IMG/VR virus record: IMGVR_UViG_3300032007_000003
Location: 248,029-312,028 of that record
DNA: 64,000 bases
Direction: 5' to 3' (one strand)
From: a virus
Lineage: Duplodnaviria; Heunggongvirae; Uroviricota; Caudoviricetes
Each line of letters starts with the position of its first letter. Within the stretch, counting starts at the first letter, position 1. Both the position numbers and the translations under genes were made by a program. Below, in pieces: positions 45,852-56,302 of this stretch. Under the pieces are notes generated by a model, which was not told the origin of the DNA, searched no databases, and saw only the letters and a list, made by a program, of their open reading frames with translations.

Positions 45852-47384
45852 ATGAATGACTCTAAAGATTTAAATGAGAAGAAAGAGGGTATCGTTGATA
45901 CTACTCCAAAAGTGGACAATAACTCTAGTGAGGACAATAACATCAAATCTGGTGTGATTGTCGCATTGATTCTTAACCAAGAAGTCACTGTCAAATTTGA
46001 TGGTGATAAGGAATGTGGTACATTGCCTTATGACAAATTCGAAAACGCTCCTCTGGTTGGTGACATTGTAAAGGTTCGCCTTGAGGAAAAAAATGGCGAA
46101 ATGGTAATCACTGAGATTGTGGCGCATGAAAAGCCCCATGAAGAGGCAGAGTCTGAAATCTCTAATGAAGAGGATGATGTGGAAGAAGTTGAAGTAGAGA
46201 CTGACCCCATCGATGATGAAATGGATTTGGCTTATTTGGATAAGAACTTTGTCCTTGAAACCATGTCTGTTCCTAGCGATAGCCATAACGAATTCCGTTT
46301 GGTGGTTTATGTCATTCAGTTTGCAAGACGCAATGGCATTAAGTATGAATTTGATGATTACGGAAACGTATATCTTACAAAGGGTGAACTCGCAGAGGGT
46401 GAGTATTATCCTTGTGTAACCTCTCACCTTGATAGTGTTCAACACAAACAGCAGCCTTATATCTATGCTGGTGTAAACCTCGACCTTAAGTGTGAACGCA
46501 CTAAGGATAATGAGCATAAGGTATATGTTGATACCAAGGGACAAGATAAGATTGGTATTGGTGCTGATGATAAGGGTGGTGTATGTATCTGTCTTTCAAT
46601 GTTTGAGCACCTTGAGAAACTTAAGGCTTGTTTCTTCCTCTGTGAAGAGATTGGTTGCTGTGGTTCTAAGGAACTCAACAAGGAATGGTTCAATGACGTT
46701 GGTTACTGCATTGGTTATGACTCTCCAGACTTGATTCGTGCCGCATGGTCATGTGCAGGTGTTAAACTCTTCTCATATGAGTTCTATGAGAAGTGGATGA
46801 AACCAGTATGTGACGAGTGGGGTCTCAAGGATTGTTTCTACTCAGAGCCAATCACTGATGTAATGGAGATTCGTAAGCAGACTGGAGTTATGTGTATGAA
46901 CTTTGGTAATGGTGGTTATAACGCTCACTGCGAAAGTGAATACATTATTCTAGAGCACATGGACCACGCTTGTGGCATGGGTCTTGCCCTCATAGACCAT
47001 ATTGGTTGCACACGTCATTACTTAAAGCACACCTCTACTACTTGGAGTGCATCTAAGGGTACATATAGAAAGGAGAATGGTTTGCTAATCCGTACTGATG
47101 TGGATGATACCAAGCAGTTAGAGAGCCTTGGTGATTGCAAACGTAGAGGTAGTAGCACCTACTATGGTGGCAGTTACAATACATCTAAGACTACTGCAAC
47201 TAAGGATGAACAGCTTGGCTTTGAGATTGTTAAGTATATCGTCAATCGTTATGATGGTCACATCTTGGCGATTAAGGACGAGGTTCTTGAAACAATCAAG
47301 GGAATCTGTGAGAAGTCTGGTGTTGATTTCTCATTATTCGAGACAGAGGTAAGTGAAAAGTTCAGTAATGATATTAAATTTTAA
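45852..47384 (+). CDS. M20/M28/M42-family zinc metallopeptidase-like protein with acidic N-terminal extension
   Basis: Metal ligand pattern 'SHLDSV', 'GADDKGG' and 'CEEIGCCGS' (EE), with a C-terminal His. The N-terminal 130 aa are D/E-rich. The start was set at the first ATG after the promoter at 45792-45825. Confidence 0.45.
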   Translation: MNDSKDLNEKKEGIVDTTPKVDNNSSEDNNIKSGVIVALILNQEVTVKFDGDKECGTLPYDKFENAPLVGDIVKVRLEEKNGEMVITEIVAHEKPHEEAESEISNEEDDVEEVEVETDPIDDEMDLAYLDKNFVLETMSVPSDSHNEFRLVVYVIQFARRNGIKYEFDDYGNVYLTKGELAEGEYYPCVTSHLDSVQHKQQPYIYAGVNLDLKCERTKDNEHKVYVDTKGQDKIGIGADDKGGVCICLSMFEHLEKLKACFFLCEEIGCCGSKELNKEWFNDVGYCIGYDSPDLIRAAWSCAGVKLFSYEFYEKWMKPVCDEWGLKDCFYSEPITDVMEIRKQTGVMCMNFGNGGYNAHCESEYIILEHMDHACGMGLALIDHIGCTRHYLKHTSTTWSASKGTYRKENGLLIRTDVDDTKQLESLGDCKRRGSSTYYGGSYNTSKTTATKDEQLGFEIVKYIVNRYDGHILAIKDEVLETIKGICEKSGVDFSLFETEVSEKFSNDIKF

Positions 47385-47393
47385 TCTAATATT

Positions 47394-49925
47394 ATGATAG
47401 GTACAAGCATTAGAAGCGTCAGACACTTATTCAGAGTGTCTGATGCCTCTTTGAAAACAATTCTAGTTAAATTCAAAGATAACGCATGGGATATTTGTAA
47501 GGTAGTAAAATTCCCTAAAGATAGTTCATTTGGAGAAACGATGTTTATCTTCAATAACTATTATCGTCAAAGTCATTGGAACTTTGATACAATTCTTTTG
47601 TCTAATGACTTTAGAAATAATTTCAAAACAGAAGATGTAACTAATTATGCTTGTAGAGTGATGTCTATCAATAGTAATGAACTTTCATCTTTTGGCGGTT
47701 ATTTCCAAGAAATTACCTTACTTCCAGATTCTTTCAATAAGGATTATGACAAATTCTTGAAAGACAACAATAAGATGGTAAGGAACTTGGTTGATAAGTT
47801 CGGTTTATCAACAAACGACATAAGACTAAAGAGATTATATATCTATTCTGATGGTTCTAAGAATTTCTTTCAGTGGGCAGTTACATCTTGTTATCAGAAT
47901 GGCACATCTATCTCCGTTCTAAAGAATATTTTCATTTGGAATGAGTCTTATAAACAGCTTGCAAAGAATCTTTCAAAGGGCACAATCACAGCATATACTT
48001 CGAGAGAATCTATTTATAAACTTCTCAGTGAGTTAAGCGAATTAAGAAAAGAAAAGAGAATTAACGACTCTATTAATTCGTTTAATACAGCCCAAAAGAA
48101 ACTATTCAAAAGCAACGAATTGTCTGAAAACGACAAGCAAGCTCTCTGGCGTCTTTATCGTCTTTCAGAAGCAAAAAGATTGAATTTCGTTAAAAAGGTA
48201 TCTTCAATTACCGATTTCAATGAACTATTAAGACAGCTTCGTTTCGTGACTAGTGTACATTTCTCATGGAGCAAGGAATCGTTTATGGATTTTCTTGAGA
48301 ATGTAGATGGCATTAAGTACGAAAAGATTTGTGAAAATGAAAAGGTTGTTTTAGTTAAGGTTCTTGATTATGAAACCATTAAACAGCTTGGTAAAACTAC
48401 CAACTGGTGTATTTCAAAGAACAAGACCTATTGGAATAATTACATTGAGGGATATCATGGTGCTACAACACAATATATGATTTTTGATTTCTCTAAATTG
48501 GAGGATGATAAATTGTCTATTGTTGGTTTCACAACAACACGTAATAAGGGTATTACTTCAGCACATAATTTTGTGAATGAAAACCTTATGGGCGGTGATG
48601 AAGGTGAACAAGTTTTCCTTAACTCATTCATATCTAGATTCAAGGATATTAAAAATATTTATTCGATACTTGCTGATGATGGTATTGATATTACCCTTGT
48701 GGTACAGTATGATATGCCACCTTATAAGTGGGATGAGAACAGTCTTATGGATTACTTATATGAGTGTGTAAATCCAGAAAATGTAGACATTATCAAGAAG
48801 AAAGATGGAAAAATCGTTCTTTCTATAATGGATGAAAACATTCGTTATTTCCTTGGTGATACCTATTATGACAATATCTCTTCTGAATATTGGAGTTATC
48901 AGCACATCCTATTTATTGATTTCAATAAGAGCCTATACGATATTAATAAGCTACAGTTTGCAATTATTGAAGAAACTGGTGGTGACGAAGACTATTGTGT
49001 CGGTTTATATAATGAAAGGTCACTTAATTCTAATCAAAACTTCGATACGAAACTTATTGAGTTTGGTTTGCCTTATAACACAATAAGGAGAACAAATGAC
49101 CCATATGTGAGGTTAAGAAACGGTTTGTACTCATATAACACTCCTATGATTAAAGATAGTATCAAAGAGTGTGGTAGTACCGTATTGAGGAACATGATTA
49201 AGAGTGACATAGGAACTGATACATTCTATGATATGGTTCTGAGGACTGTAAGACAACACATGTCATTTGACTATTTACATTTGATTTACGATAATGGTCT
49301 CAAACTTACAGATATATTCTCTGCCTCATATGTGGGAGATATTATTAAGCAGTTTGCCCATGATATGAGAAACATGAGTAGAGCAACTACAACATTCACC
49401 AAACTTGAAGGTATTAATGAAGATAACATTAAAAACTTCTATGATGGTAACTATGGAAGGGATGATACCAAGTATATTGGTTTCTTCGAGGCAATTAGAA
49501 TGATTGTTAAGAACGAAGAGGGACTGTCAAAGAAAGACTACCAAGCTATGTTCAGAAGACTGTTTAACTTCCTAGGAAATGATGGCAAAACTGCTCAAGT
49601 ATATGACCAACTGTTTGATATGGTTAAGGATAAACTAGATTATTCATTGTCAGATGATACAAATTATTCTCTTGCTAAGTTTGCAATTTACTTTGGTAAC
49701 GATGAGACTAAGAAATTTGTTGAGAATAAATCCAAGGAATATAGCGGTTTTAGAAAATGTTATGAAGCCATTTCTAAGGAATATGAAAAATACCTTACTT
49801 TTATTGGTAAACAGAACCAAAAGAATAATAATGCTGGGGTATATACAGTAAGAATTGATGACAACCATGTCAACAATGTTGATTTTGAATATGCCATTGC
49901 CCCAAATGATGAACACGTCTTTTAA
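47394..49925 (+). CDS. large hypothetical protein (843 aa), paralog of 50214-52277
   Basis: Shared block 'TNWCISKNKTYWNNY...YMIFDFSK...GFTTTRNKG...MGG' versus 'TKWCIAREESYFSQY...YFLFDFSR...GFTMENGRG...MGG'. Confidence 0.5.
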   Translation: MIGTSIRSVRHLFRVSDASLKTILVKFKDNAWDICKVVKFPKDSSFGETMFIFNNYYRQSHWNFDTILLSNDFRNNFKTEDVTNYACRVMSINSNELSSFGGYFQEITLLPDSFNKDYDKFLKDNNKMVRNLVDKFGLSTNDIRLKRLYIYSDGSKNFFQWAVTSCYQNGTSISVLKNIFIWNESYKQLAKNLSKGTITAYTSRESIYKLLSELSELRKEKRINDSINSFNTAQKKLFKSNELSENDKQALWRLYRLSEAKRLNFVKKVSSITDFNELLRQLRFVTSVHFSWSKESFMDFLENVDGIKYEKICENEKVVLVKVLDYETIKQLGKTTNWCISKNKTYWNNYIEGYHGATTQYMIFDFSKLEDDKLSIVGFTTTRNKGITSAHNFVNENLMGGDEGEQVFLNSFISRFKDIKNIYSILADDGIDITLVVQYDMPPYKWDENSLMDYLYECVNPENVDIIKKKDGKIVLSIMDENIRYFLGDTYYDNISSEYWSYQHILFIDFNKSLYDINKLQFAIIEETGGDEDYCVGLYNERSLNSNQNFDTKLIEFGLPYNTIRRTNDPYVRLRNGLYSYNTPMIKDSIKECGSTVLRNMIKSDIGTDTFYDMVLRTVRQHMSFDYLHLIYDNGLKLTDIFSASYVGDIIKQFAHDMRNMSRATTTFTKLEGINEDNIKNFYDGNYGRDDTKYIGFFEAIRMIVKNEEGLSKKDYQAMFRRLFNFLGNDGKTAQVYDQLFDMVKDKLDYSLSDDTNYSLAKFAIYFGNDETKKFVENKSKEYSGFRKCYEAISKEYEKYLTFIGKQNQKNNNAGVYTVRIDDNHVNNVDFEYAIAPNDEHVF

Positions 49926-50213
49926 TTATGCTAAAGATAATATTACTTTTTATAGCAATAGGTCTTACTGTTTTCTCAGTAAACTATAAATTCAGTAAAG
50001 CAGTAAGGCTTATTGCTTATAACGAAGAAGAAACACAAGCTGGTGCCTATGCAGACATCTTTCTAATGCTTGGTATTACAATTTTATGGACATTATATTT
50101 TTCGTTATTTTAAGAATTGTTAACATGAAAAATTTGTTATTCAATTTTTTTTTGTATAACTTTGCATCGAAAAACATAATTTGAATTTAAAACATACTTA
50201 ATAGAATAAAAAA

Positions 50214-52277
50214 ATGACTTACAACAAGAAACAAATGCAGCCTTTGATTGATAAGTATGCTATCAATCCTGAAACCAACAAGCTGTTTACTGATGTGTGC
50301 GAAATGTTTGACGGTCAGCCAAACTATCAGATTTGGGCAGTGAAGATGGTTTTCTCCAAATCTTTATCTATTGAACAGCTTGAGACAATTCACGAATGGG
50401 TTGGAAAGAACCAGACATTAGTGAAATCACTTGAGAAGCAGAACATCGTATCTTATTCATCAAAGAATGCTATTTCTCAGTTATTTAAGGAAATGGAAGG
50501 TCTTGATAATCTTTCAATCATCAAGAATACCATTAATCACTTTAATACTGACCAGCGTAAGATGCTTACTAGTAGTTTGCTCCCAAAAGAGTATACTGCT
50601 TTGGAAGGGTATAATAATGGAAACGTTAAAAAGTGGGCTGACATTTTCAGAAAGTTCAACCGTCTTCCTCTTGACCGTAAGAATAAGTTCTATAGCAACT
50701 GTTCTAAGTTGAGAGACCTCAACGATTTACAGTCTGCCATTAAGAGTTGTCTTGAGACCACTTACGACTGGAATAAGGAAGATTTATTGGCATACGTGGC
50801 AAACGTTACAACTGATTGTGAGGTTATTCTTGATAACGGTAACTTCGTAATCGTACATGTACCTTCATTTAAATCAAGTAAACTTCTTTGTGGTAACGGA
50901 CGTACAAAGTGGTGTATCGCACGTGAGGAAAGTTATTTCTCTCAGTATGTAACTGGTCAGAACAACCGTGACCAATACTTCTTGTTCGATTTCAGCCGTA
51001 AGGAAAGTGATGCATTCGCACACATTGGTTTCACTATGGAGAATGGACGTGGTTTCTATTGCGCTCAGACTTGTAACAACAACAGTATGATGGGTGGCTA
51101 TACTCAGAATGGCGAGACTATGAACATAAATCAAGCACTTGAAAAAGCTGGATGTAAGATGTCTCTCTTCTTGCGTCTTAACGCTCTCACGAATTATAAG
51201 TGGGAACTTGAGTCTATTTTGAAGCTTGTTAAGAATAAGCCAAACGACTTTGCTATAGCATATGAGAAAGATGGACGTTTAATTATTAATGTCCTCAATT
51301 CACAAGCAATAAAGACCCTTATCTCTCATTCACTTATTAACTTGGGCAACTTCATGGTTGACAATAACAATAAGGTGTATGTGTTCATCGATACCAATGT
51401 TAAGTATAACGATGAGAGAGCACTCATTGCAATGCACTATCAGAAAGACCAATATGGTACGCTTTCATTGAAGAGAATGAATGACCCATTCAACACTGAT
51501 ATTACCAAGTTGGGTTATCTCTCAAAGGTAGGTATTACCACTGACAACTATCTCAACCGTGAGGCTATTGACCCACAAGTATTGCTTCATAAGCTTATCG
51601 ATGAAAACGATGAGATTGGCGCAATCAAGTTGCTTGAGAAAGAGGGTAAGGACTTCAATGTTAACTATGAATTCAACCAGAGAGTTCCTATTATCTCTGC
51701 CGTAAATAACAAGATGTACACCTTGTTTGAGAAGATTGTAAGTCATCCTAAGTTTGACTCTTCAATTGAGGATGGTTTCGGTGAGACACTTCTTGAATCA
51801 CTTATCTACCTCTATGGTAGTGACGAGATTTCAGCTTCTAAGGAAGAAGAGAAGTCTCTCAAGAGAATGATTATTGCAATCTTGAAGTCTGATACATATG
51901 ACTTCAATGCAAAAGACCTTAACTCTGACACTGCAATCAACATTGCATGTGAGTATCCTAAGATGCTTTGGATTGTTGAGGCTCTTGCATCAAAGAAGAA
52001 CGTTGACATCAATATTGTGAATGATTTCGAGTGTGCTGCACTTGGTGATTGTATTCGTAACAAGAACCTTGAGGCATTGAAGATAATCGGTAAGAGACCT
52101 GATGTAAAGGTGAGAGAAGAGGATAAGAAACTCGCTAAGACCTATGGTATCAACTTGAGTGATTACATTAAGCCAGATGAGAAAATCTTTGGCAGCTTCA
52201 AGTTTGAAGAGGTTGCGGATGAGGCTGAAACCAAATCTACATCAGAAATGGAAATGGCTATGGCTGCTGCATTCTAA
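50214..52277 (+). CDS. large hypothetical protein (687 aa) with C-terminal ankyrin-like repeats
   Basis: Paralogous N-terminal domain; see 47394. The C-terminal repeats '...TLLESLIYLYG...', '...DTAINIACEYP...' and '...ALGDCIRNKNLEALKIIG' are ankyrin-like. Confidence 0.5.
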   Translation: MTYNKKQMQPLIDKYAINPETNKLFTDVCEMFDGQPNYQIWAVKMVFSKSLSIEQLETIHEWVGKNQTLVKSLEKQNIVSYSSKNAISQLFKEMEGLDNLSIIKNTINHFNTDQRKMLTSSLLPKEYTALEGYNNGNVKKWADIFRKFNRLPLDRKNKFYSNCSKLRDLNDLQSAIKSCLETTYDWNKEDLLAYVANVTTDCEVILDNGNFVIVHVPSFKSSKLLCGNGRTKWCIAREESYFSQYVTGQNNRDQYFLFDFSRKESDAFAHIGFTMENGRGFYCAQTCNNNSMMGGYTQNGETMNINQALEKAGCKMSLFLRLNALTNYKWELESILKLVKNKPNDFAIAYEKDGRLIINVLNSQAIKTLISHSLINLGNFMVDNNNKVYVFIDTNVKYNDERALIAMHYQKDQYGTLSLKRMNDPFNTDITKLGYLSKVGITTDNYLNREAIDPQVLLHKLIDENDEIGAIKLLEKEGKDFNVNYEFNQRVPIISAVNNKMYTLFEKIVSHPKFDSSIEDGFGETLLESLIYLYGSDEISASKEEEKSLKRMIIAILKSDTYDFNAKDLNSDTAINIACEYPKMLWIVEALASKKNVDINIVNDFECAALGDCIRNKNLEALKIIGKRPDVKVREEDKKLAKTYGINLSDYIKPDEKIFGSFKFEEVADEAETKSTSEMEMAMAAAF

Positions 52278-52421
52278 CCAATTCCAATGCATAAATGAAA
52301 AAAGTGATATGAACGACAAACATATCACTTTTTTTATACCCAAAAGTTTGGAAATTAACAAAAATTTATATATCTTTGCATATATGATATATTTTATGTT
52401 AAACTTTAAACCTAATAAATT

Positions 52422-53903
52422 ATGAATGTTTATAATTTTAAGAAAATTGAGAAATGTTATGTATTCGGTAATATAGATAGAAATATGGATAGATTTATCA
52501 AGAATCTAACATCTAACATTTCTAAGTTTAAGAAAGAAGAACATCCAAAGGAAATTGAAAGACAAGAGAGATTAAAGAAGCGTGAGGAAGAAATGCATAA
52601 TATTGGCATTGGTGGTATTGGGCATTTACATAATCCGTTTGATGGTGGTCCTGGTCGCCCTATGCGCAGAGCCGATAGAGTTGGAGACGATATGCGTATT
52701 GCACAAGCACCGACATTTGCTTCGACTTGGGATGATGGAAGAACCTTCTTGAAGAAAGGTAATAATAAGATAGACTCTACCTATAATGATAGCGTAATTA
52801 TTGTTAGTGGTAACTGTGGTATCGGTAATAAGAGTAAGAAATATTACGATGAGACATTTGGAAAACTAGATAAAATTCTTGGCGATAATAATTGTTTCAT
52901 CTTATTCGTAAGAGGTAATAATGACAATCCTTCTATCTTCAATAATAGAGAAATTGACTTTGAACATATAAAGGCAATTCCAGATTATTCAGTGGTTGCT
53001 CTTAAGACATTTAATTGCTTATGCATTGGAGGTAGTGTTTCAATGGATAAGGAATGGAAACTAGCTCAAGAGGAACTTTACGGAAAAAAGTTATATTGGG
53101 AAGATGAAGCACCTCAGTATGATGAAGATAAACTCAACGAGATTCTTGAGGCATATAACATCAATTGCGTTATTACAAGCACATGTCCAAGCTTTGCATA
53201 TCCTGGAACCAACGCCTTTAAAAAAAGCAAATGGTTCTATCGTGATAAGAAGATTATTAATGAGTTTTCAAATGAAAGGAAGATAATGGACAAAATCTAT
53301 GAGAAAATAATGGATTCAGATTCAAAACCGTATATGTGGGTTTATGGTAGATTTAAGATGTCCAATACCAACAAACTTAATGATATGGTATTCATTTCAT
53401 TATCTGCCTACAACATGATACAAGTTAATTCTCAACTTGAAGCATTCTTTGGATTGGACACATCAAAGAAAGTAGATATCAATGCATATACATTTGATAA
53501 CATTATCACAGATGGAATAAATAGGGTATCATATGATGAGCATTACGACGATGCGATGGAAATGGGAGAACCTGAAATGGATGAGGAAGAATTCGAAGAT
53601 TTTGATGATGAACCAAAAGAAGAGGAACATGAGGGAATAGAAGAAGAGGCAGCTACACCAATTCAAGGTTTAAATACTAGAAGAGAAACATTAGATAGAT
53701 TTGATAGAATGATACAAGAATTAACAGCAGTGGATAACGCCACGTTAAGGGGTTATGCTGATTATGCTAGATTGTATGATGCAGGTGTTTATGCAACACA
53801 AAATGAACCAATGGCTGTAAATTATGGAGAACTAAGAGCTATAACACTAGAAGACATAAATAGAGCTGCTACGCTTGTTACAAACAGAACTACCAATGGC
53901 TAA
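52422..53903 (+). CDS. hypothetical protein (weak metallophosphoesterase-like GNxD motifs), acidic C-terminus
   Basis: 'VRGNNDNP' and 'VIIVSGNCGIG'. The assignment is tentative. Confidence 0.35.
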   Translation: MNVYNFKKIEKCYVFGNIDRNMDRFIKNLTSNISKFKKEEHPKEIERQERLKKREEEMHNIGIGGIGHLHNPFDGGPGRPMRRADRVGDDMRIAQAPTFASTWDDGRTFLKKGNNKIDSTYNDSVIIVSGNCGIGNKSKKYYDETFGKLDKILGDNNCFILFVRGNNDNPSIFNNREIDFEHIKAIPDYSVVALKTFNCLCIGGSVSMDKEWKLAQEELYGKKLYWEDEAPQYDEDKLNEILEAYNINCVITSTCPSFAYPGTNAFKKSKWFYRDKKIINEFSNERKIMDKIYEKIMDSDSKPYMWVYGRFKMSNTNKLNDMVFISLSAYNMIQVNSQLEAFFGLDTSKKVDINAYTFDNIITDGINRVSYDEHYDDAMEMGEPEMDEEEFEDFDDEPKEEEHEGIEEEAATPIQGLNTRRETLDRFDRMIQELTAVDNATLRGYADYARLYDAGVYATQNEPMAVNYGELRAITLEDINRAATLVTNRTTNG

Positions 53904-54663
53904 TACAAATAGTAAATTCTTCTCTGTAATGGTTATAGGAGAAAACCACAGAGAATTGATGTCTAAATATTCACTTGATTTAGAGGTTGATTCCTATGTC
54001 AAATACGAATATCTTAAGGCTGATAAATACCTAAACAATTCAATCAAGGCTCTAGATAATATCTTATCCAATGCTGATAAGATAGGTCTGGAACCTTCAG
54101 TGAAGGAAAGTCTATCGAATAGGATTAAAACCCTTAATCAGATGACACCATTTGAATACTACAGAGAGTTGACAGATGGTATGTACTATGATGAGAATGG
54201 CAATGCTCTTTCAACAGAGAATAAAGAGGGACATTGGAAGACTGCTAGGATAGGTAGGAATTTCTCACTACCACTTAAGCTAAAGGATGGCAGTGAGGTA
54301 TATTCAGCAAAAGTTGGTGATGTTGATTGGGAAACCATGAATGAACCACCAAGACTATACGAGGCTGCATGGGAAATGGTAATGGAAGGACGAGAACCTA
54401 CTGACGAAGAGGAAGAACAAGTCTATAATTCCATGAAGGATAAGACAGTCTATTTCTCTAAGTTCAAAAGCAAGGAAGATTACGTCACATACAGTACCTC
54501 TTACTGGAATTATGCCTTTGTAGACGAAAACGGATGGGTAGATGTAGATAGTGATAAGGATGGGGAGCAACATTGGATTGCAACATTCAATGATAGGTTT
54601 ATAAAGAACTTAGACCCTAACCAATTGGTCACAATCTATGAATGTAGTGTTAATAATGGTTAA
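53875..54663 (+). CDS. hypothetical protein
   Basis: 262-aa ORF. Confidence 0.45.
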   Translation: MLQTELPMANTNSKFFSVMVIGENHRELMSKYSLDLEVDSYVKYEYLKADKYLNNSIKALDNILSNADKIGLEPSVKESLSNRIKTLNQMTPFEYYRELTDGMYYDENGNALSTENKEGHWKTARIGRNFSLPLKLKDGSEVYSAKVGDVDWETMNEPPRLYEAAWEMVMEGREPTDEEEEQVYNSMKDKTVYFSKFKSKEDYVTYSTSYWNYAFVDENGWVDVDSDKDGEQHWIATFNDRFIKNLDPNQLVTIYECSVNNG

Positions 54664-54742
54664 TTTTATTTAAGGGAATGGGATAACGTTTTGTTATCTC
54701 ATTTTTTTTTCATATATTTGCATAGAGGAATATTGTAGTGAA

Positions 54743-55123
54743 ATGGAAAAATTGTCAGAATATGGTGAACAGTATAGGAGAATCCTAACATACTTCCTTA
54801 AAAAGAATGGAATATACAAGATTTTTGTAGCTAATACCAAATATCAACACAGTGTAATTGACAAGCACAGCGTGTTTTTCAAAAGGCAATATTACAATGG
54901 TATATTCAATCAAGCTGCATGGGACAATAATGGTCTTGTAAATCTTTTCGGTAACTTCTTTGCTTTCACGAGTACTAAATATCCAGAAACAATAAGACTA
55001 TTTGATGGTACTTTCGTAGATTCAAACATATTCTCTAGATATGAATTTTGGGTTATGAAACGTAGTCAATGGGAAGATTTCATATATAAAAGAGAATACG
55101 AAGAAATAACAACATTAAAATAA
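54743..55123 (+). CDS. hypothetical protein
   Basis: 126-aa ORF after a terminator/promoter module. Confidence 0.4.
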   Translation: MEKLSEYGEQYRRILTYFLKKNGIYKIFVANTKYQHSVIDKHSVFFKRQYYNGIFNQAAWDNNGLVNLFGNFFAFTSTKYPETIRLFDGTFVDSNIFSRYEFWVMKRSQWEDFIYKREYEEITTLK

Positions 55124-56074
55124 ATGGAATTAATACTTAAACAATTAAGGGGACGATTCATAGAAGACAATCAACTGCCCATTACAACAGTTGAAGACCC
55201 CTATTTCGATGAAAGAATTAAGATGCTTGAGGGTGAATGCGGTGCTAAAACCAAATATCTATCTCTTATGGAAGTAATTAGAGATAGATTTGATGGCAAC
55301 ATGCAGAAATTCCTTGAGCATAGACATAGCGTTAAAGACCAAATTTTAGCCCATATTCTTAATTCTGATGGTTATAAAGCAATGTTGGCTGATAAATCCC
55401 CATTGGAGGATTATAAGCCCATTGTAGGCTCAAATGAACTATATACGGAACAGCAAGATGGCGGTTTGTTTATATCATTCGATATGATTAAGGCAAACTT
55501 CCAAGCCTTACGTTATGTTGACCCAAGCATTGTATGTGATTGTAATACTTGGGAAGAATTCGTGGCTCGTTTTAGTGATGTAGAATACCTCGCTTCTGCA
55601 AAACAAGTAAGACAAGAGGTATTGGGCAAACTCAATGGTAAGAGATTGGCAGCAATTGAAAAAAGGGCTTCAAATGATTTTGGAAAAGAGTTCAAATATA
55701 GATTAAGTATATATGGTTTCTCATTGTTCTCAATCAAAACTGATGAAATAATCTTCAAGTTTGAAGGTACTGAGAAGGAATTTGAGTCATTCCACGCTGG
55801 AGACCAAGAGTATAATGGTTTCAAGTTCCGTGTGAACAAATTCAAACTCAACATGAGAACCTTCAAGAGAGCATTCTCAGATAAGCGCATAAATATCTTT
55901 GAGAAGGAAGACTTCTTAGATGGTCATAGACGCAATTTAAAGTGCGTTCCTGCCACTTATTACCCTCAAGTGTATAAACTACTCAATGGGATAAAAATAA
56001 ACGATTCTGACCTAGTTTTTACTAGTGACCATGAATTATGTTCTTATATGAAACCATTGGAGTTAGTAAAATGA
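55124..56074 (+). CDS. hypothetical protein
   Basis: 316-aa ORF. Confidence 0.45.
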   Translation: MELILKQLRGRFIEDNQLPITTVEDPYFDERIKMLEGECGAKTKYLSLMEVIRDRFDGNMQKFLEHRHSVKDQILAHILNSDGYKAMLADKSPLEDYKPIVGSNELYTEQQDGGLFISFDMIKANFQALRYVDPSIVCDCNTWEEFVARFSDVEYLASAKQVRQEVLGKLNGKRLAAIEKRASNDFGKEFKYRLSIYGFSLFSIKTDEIIFKFEGTEKEFESFHAGDQEYNGFKFRVNKFKLNMRTFKRAFSDKRINIFEKEDFLDGHRRNLKCVPATYYPQVYKLLNGIKINDSDLVFTSDHELCSYMKPLELVK

Positions 56075-56302
56075 CGAAGGAATTAGGAATAAGTAAGGAC
56101 TTTGCGTACTACCTCAAAGAGAAAGGTTTGTATTCAAACTATATCGCCAAGCTTAAAAAATATGGCTATAAAAAGGCTGCGGTCATCTATTTTGGCGCAT
56201 GGAATGATAACGAACAAAAAGAGTTTTGGAAGGGAGTATATATTGGTTTTTTCGAATACTTGAAAAAGAAATATCCATGTGAAATAATAACATATAATTA
56301 GA

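Noticed and set aside
45870-46544. A 224-aa minus-strand ORF, and other minus-strand ORFs such as 59853-60299, 37657-38013 and 55513-55890
   Set aside because: Each lies entirely inside a plus-strand gene with recognisable domains. They have low-complexity, Ile/Leu-rich translations typical of antisense frames in AT-rich DNA. No promoter box precedes them on the minus strand.
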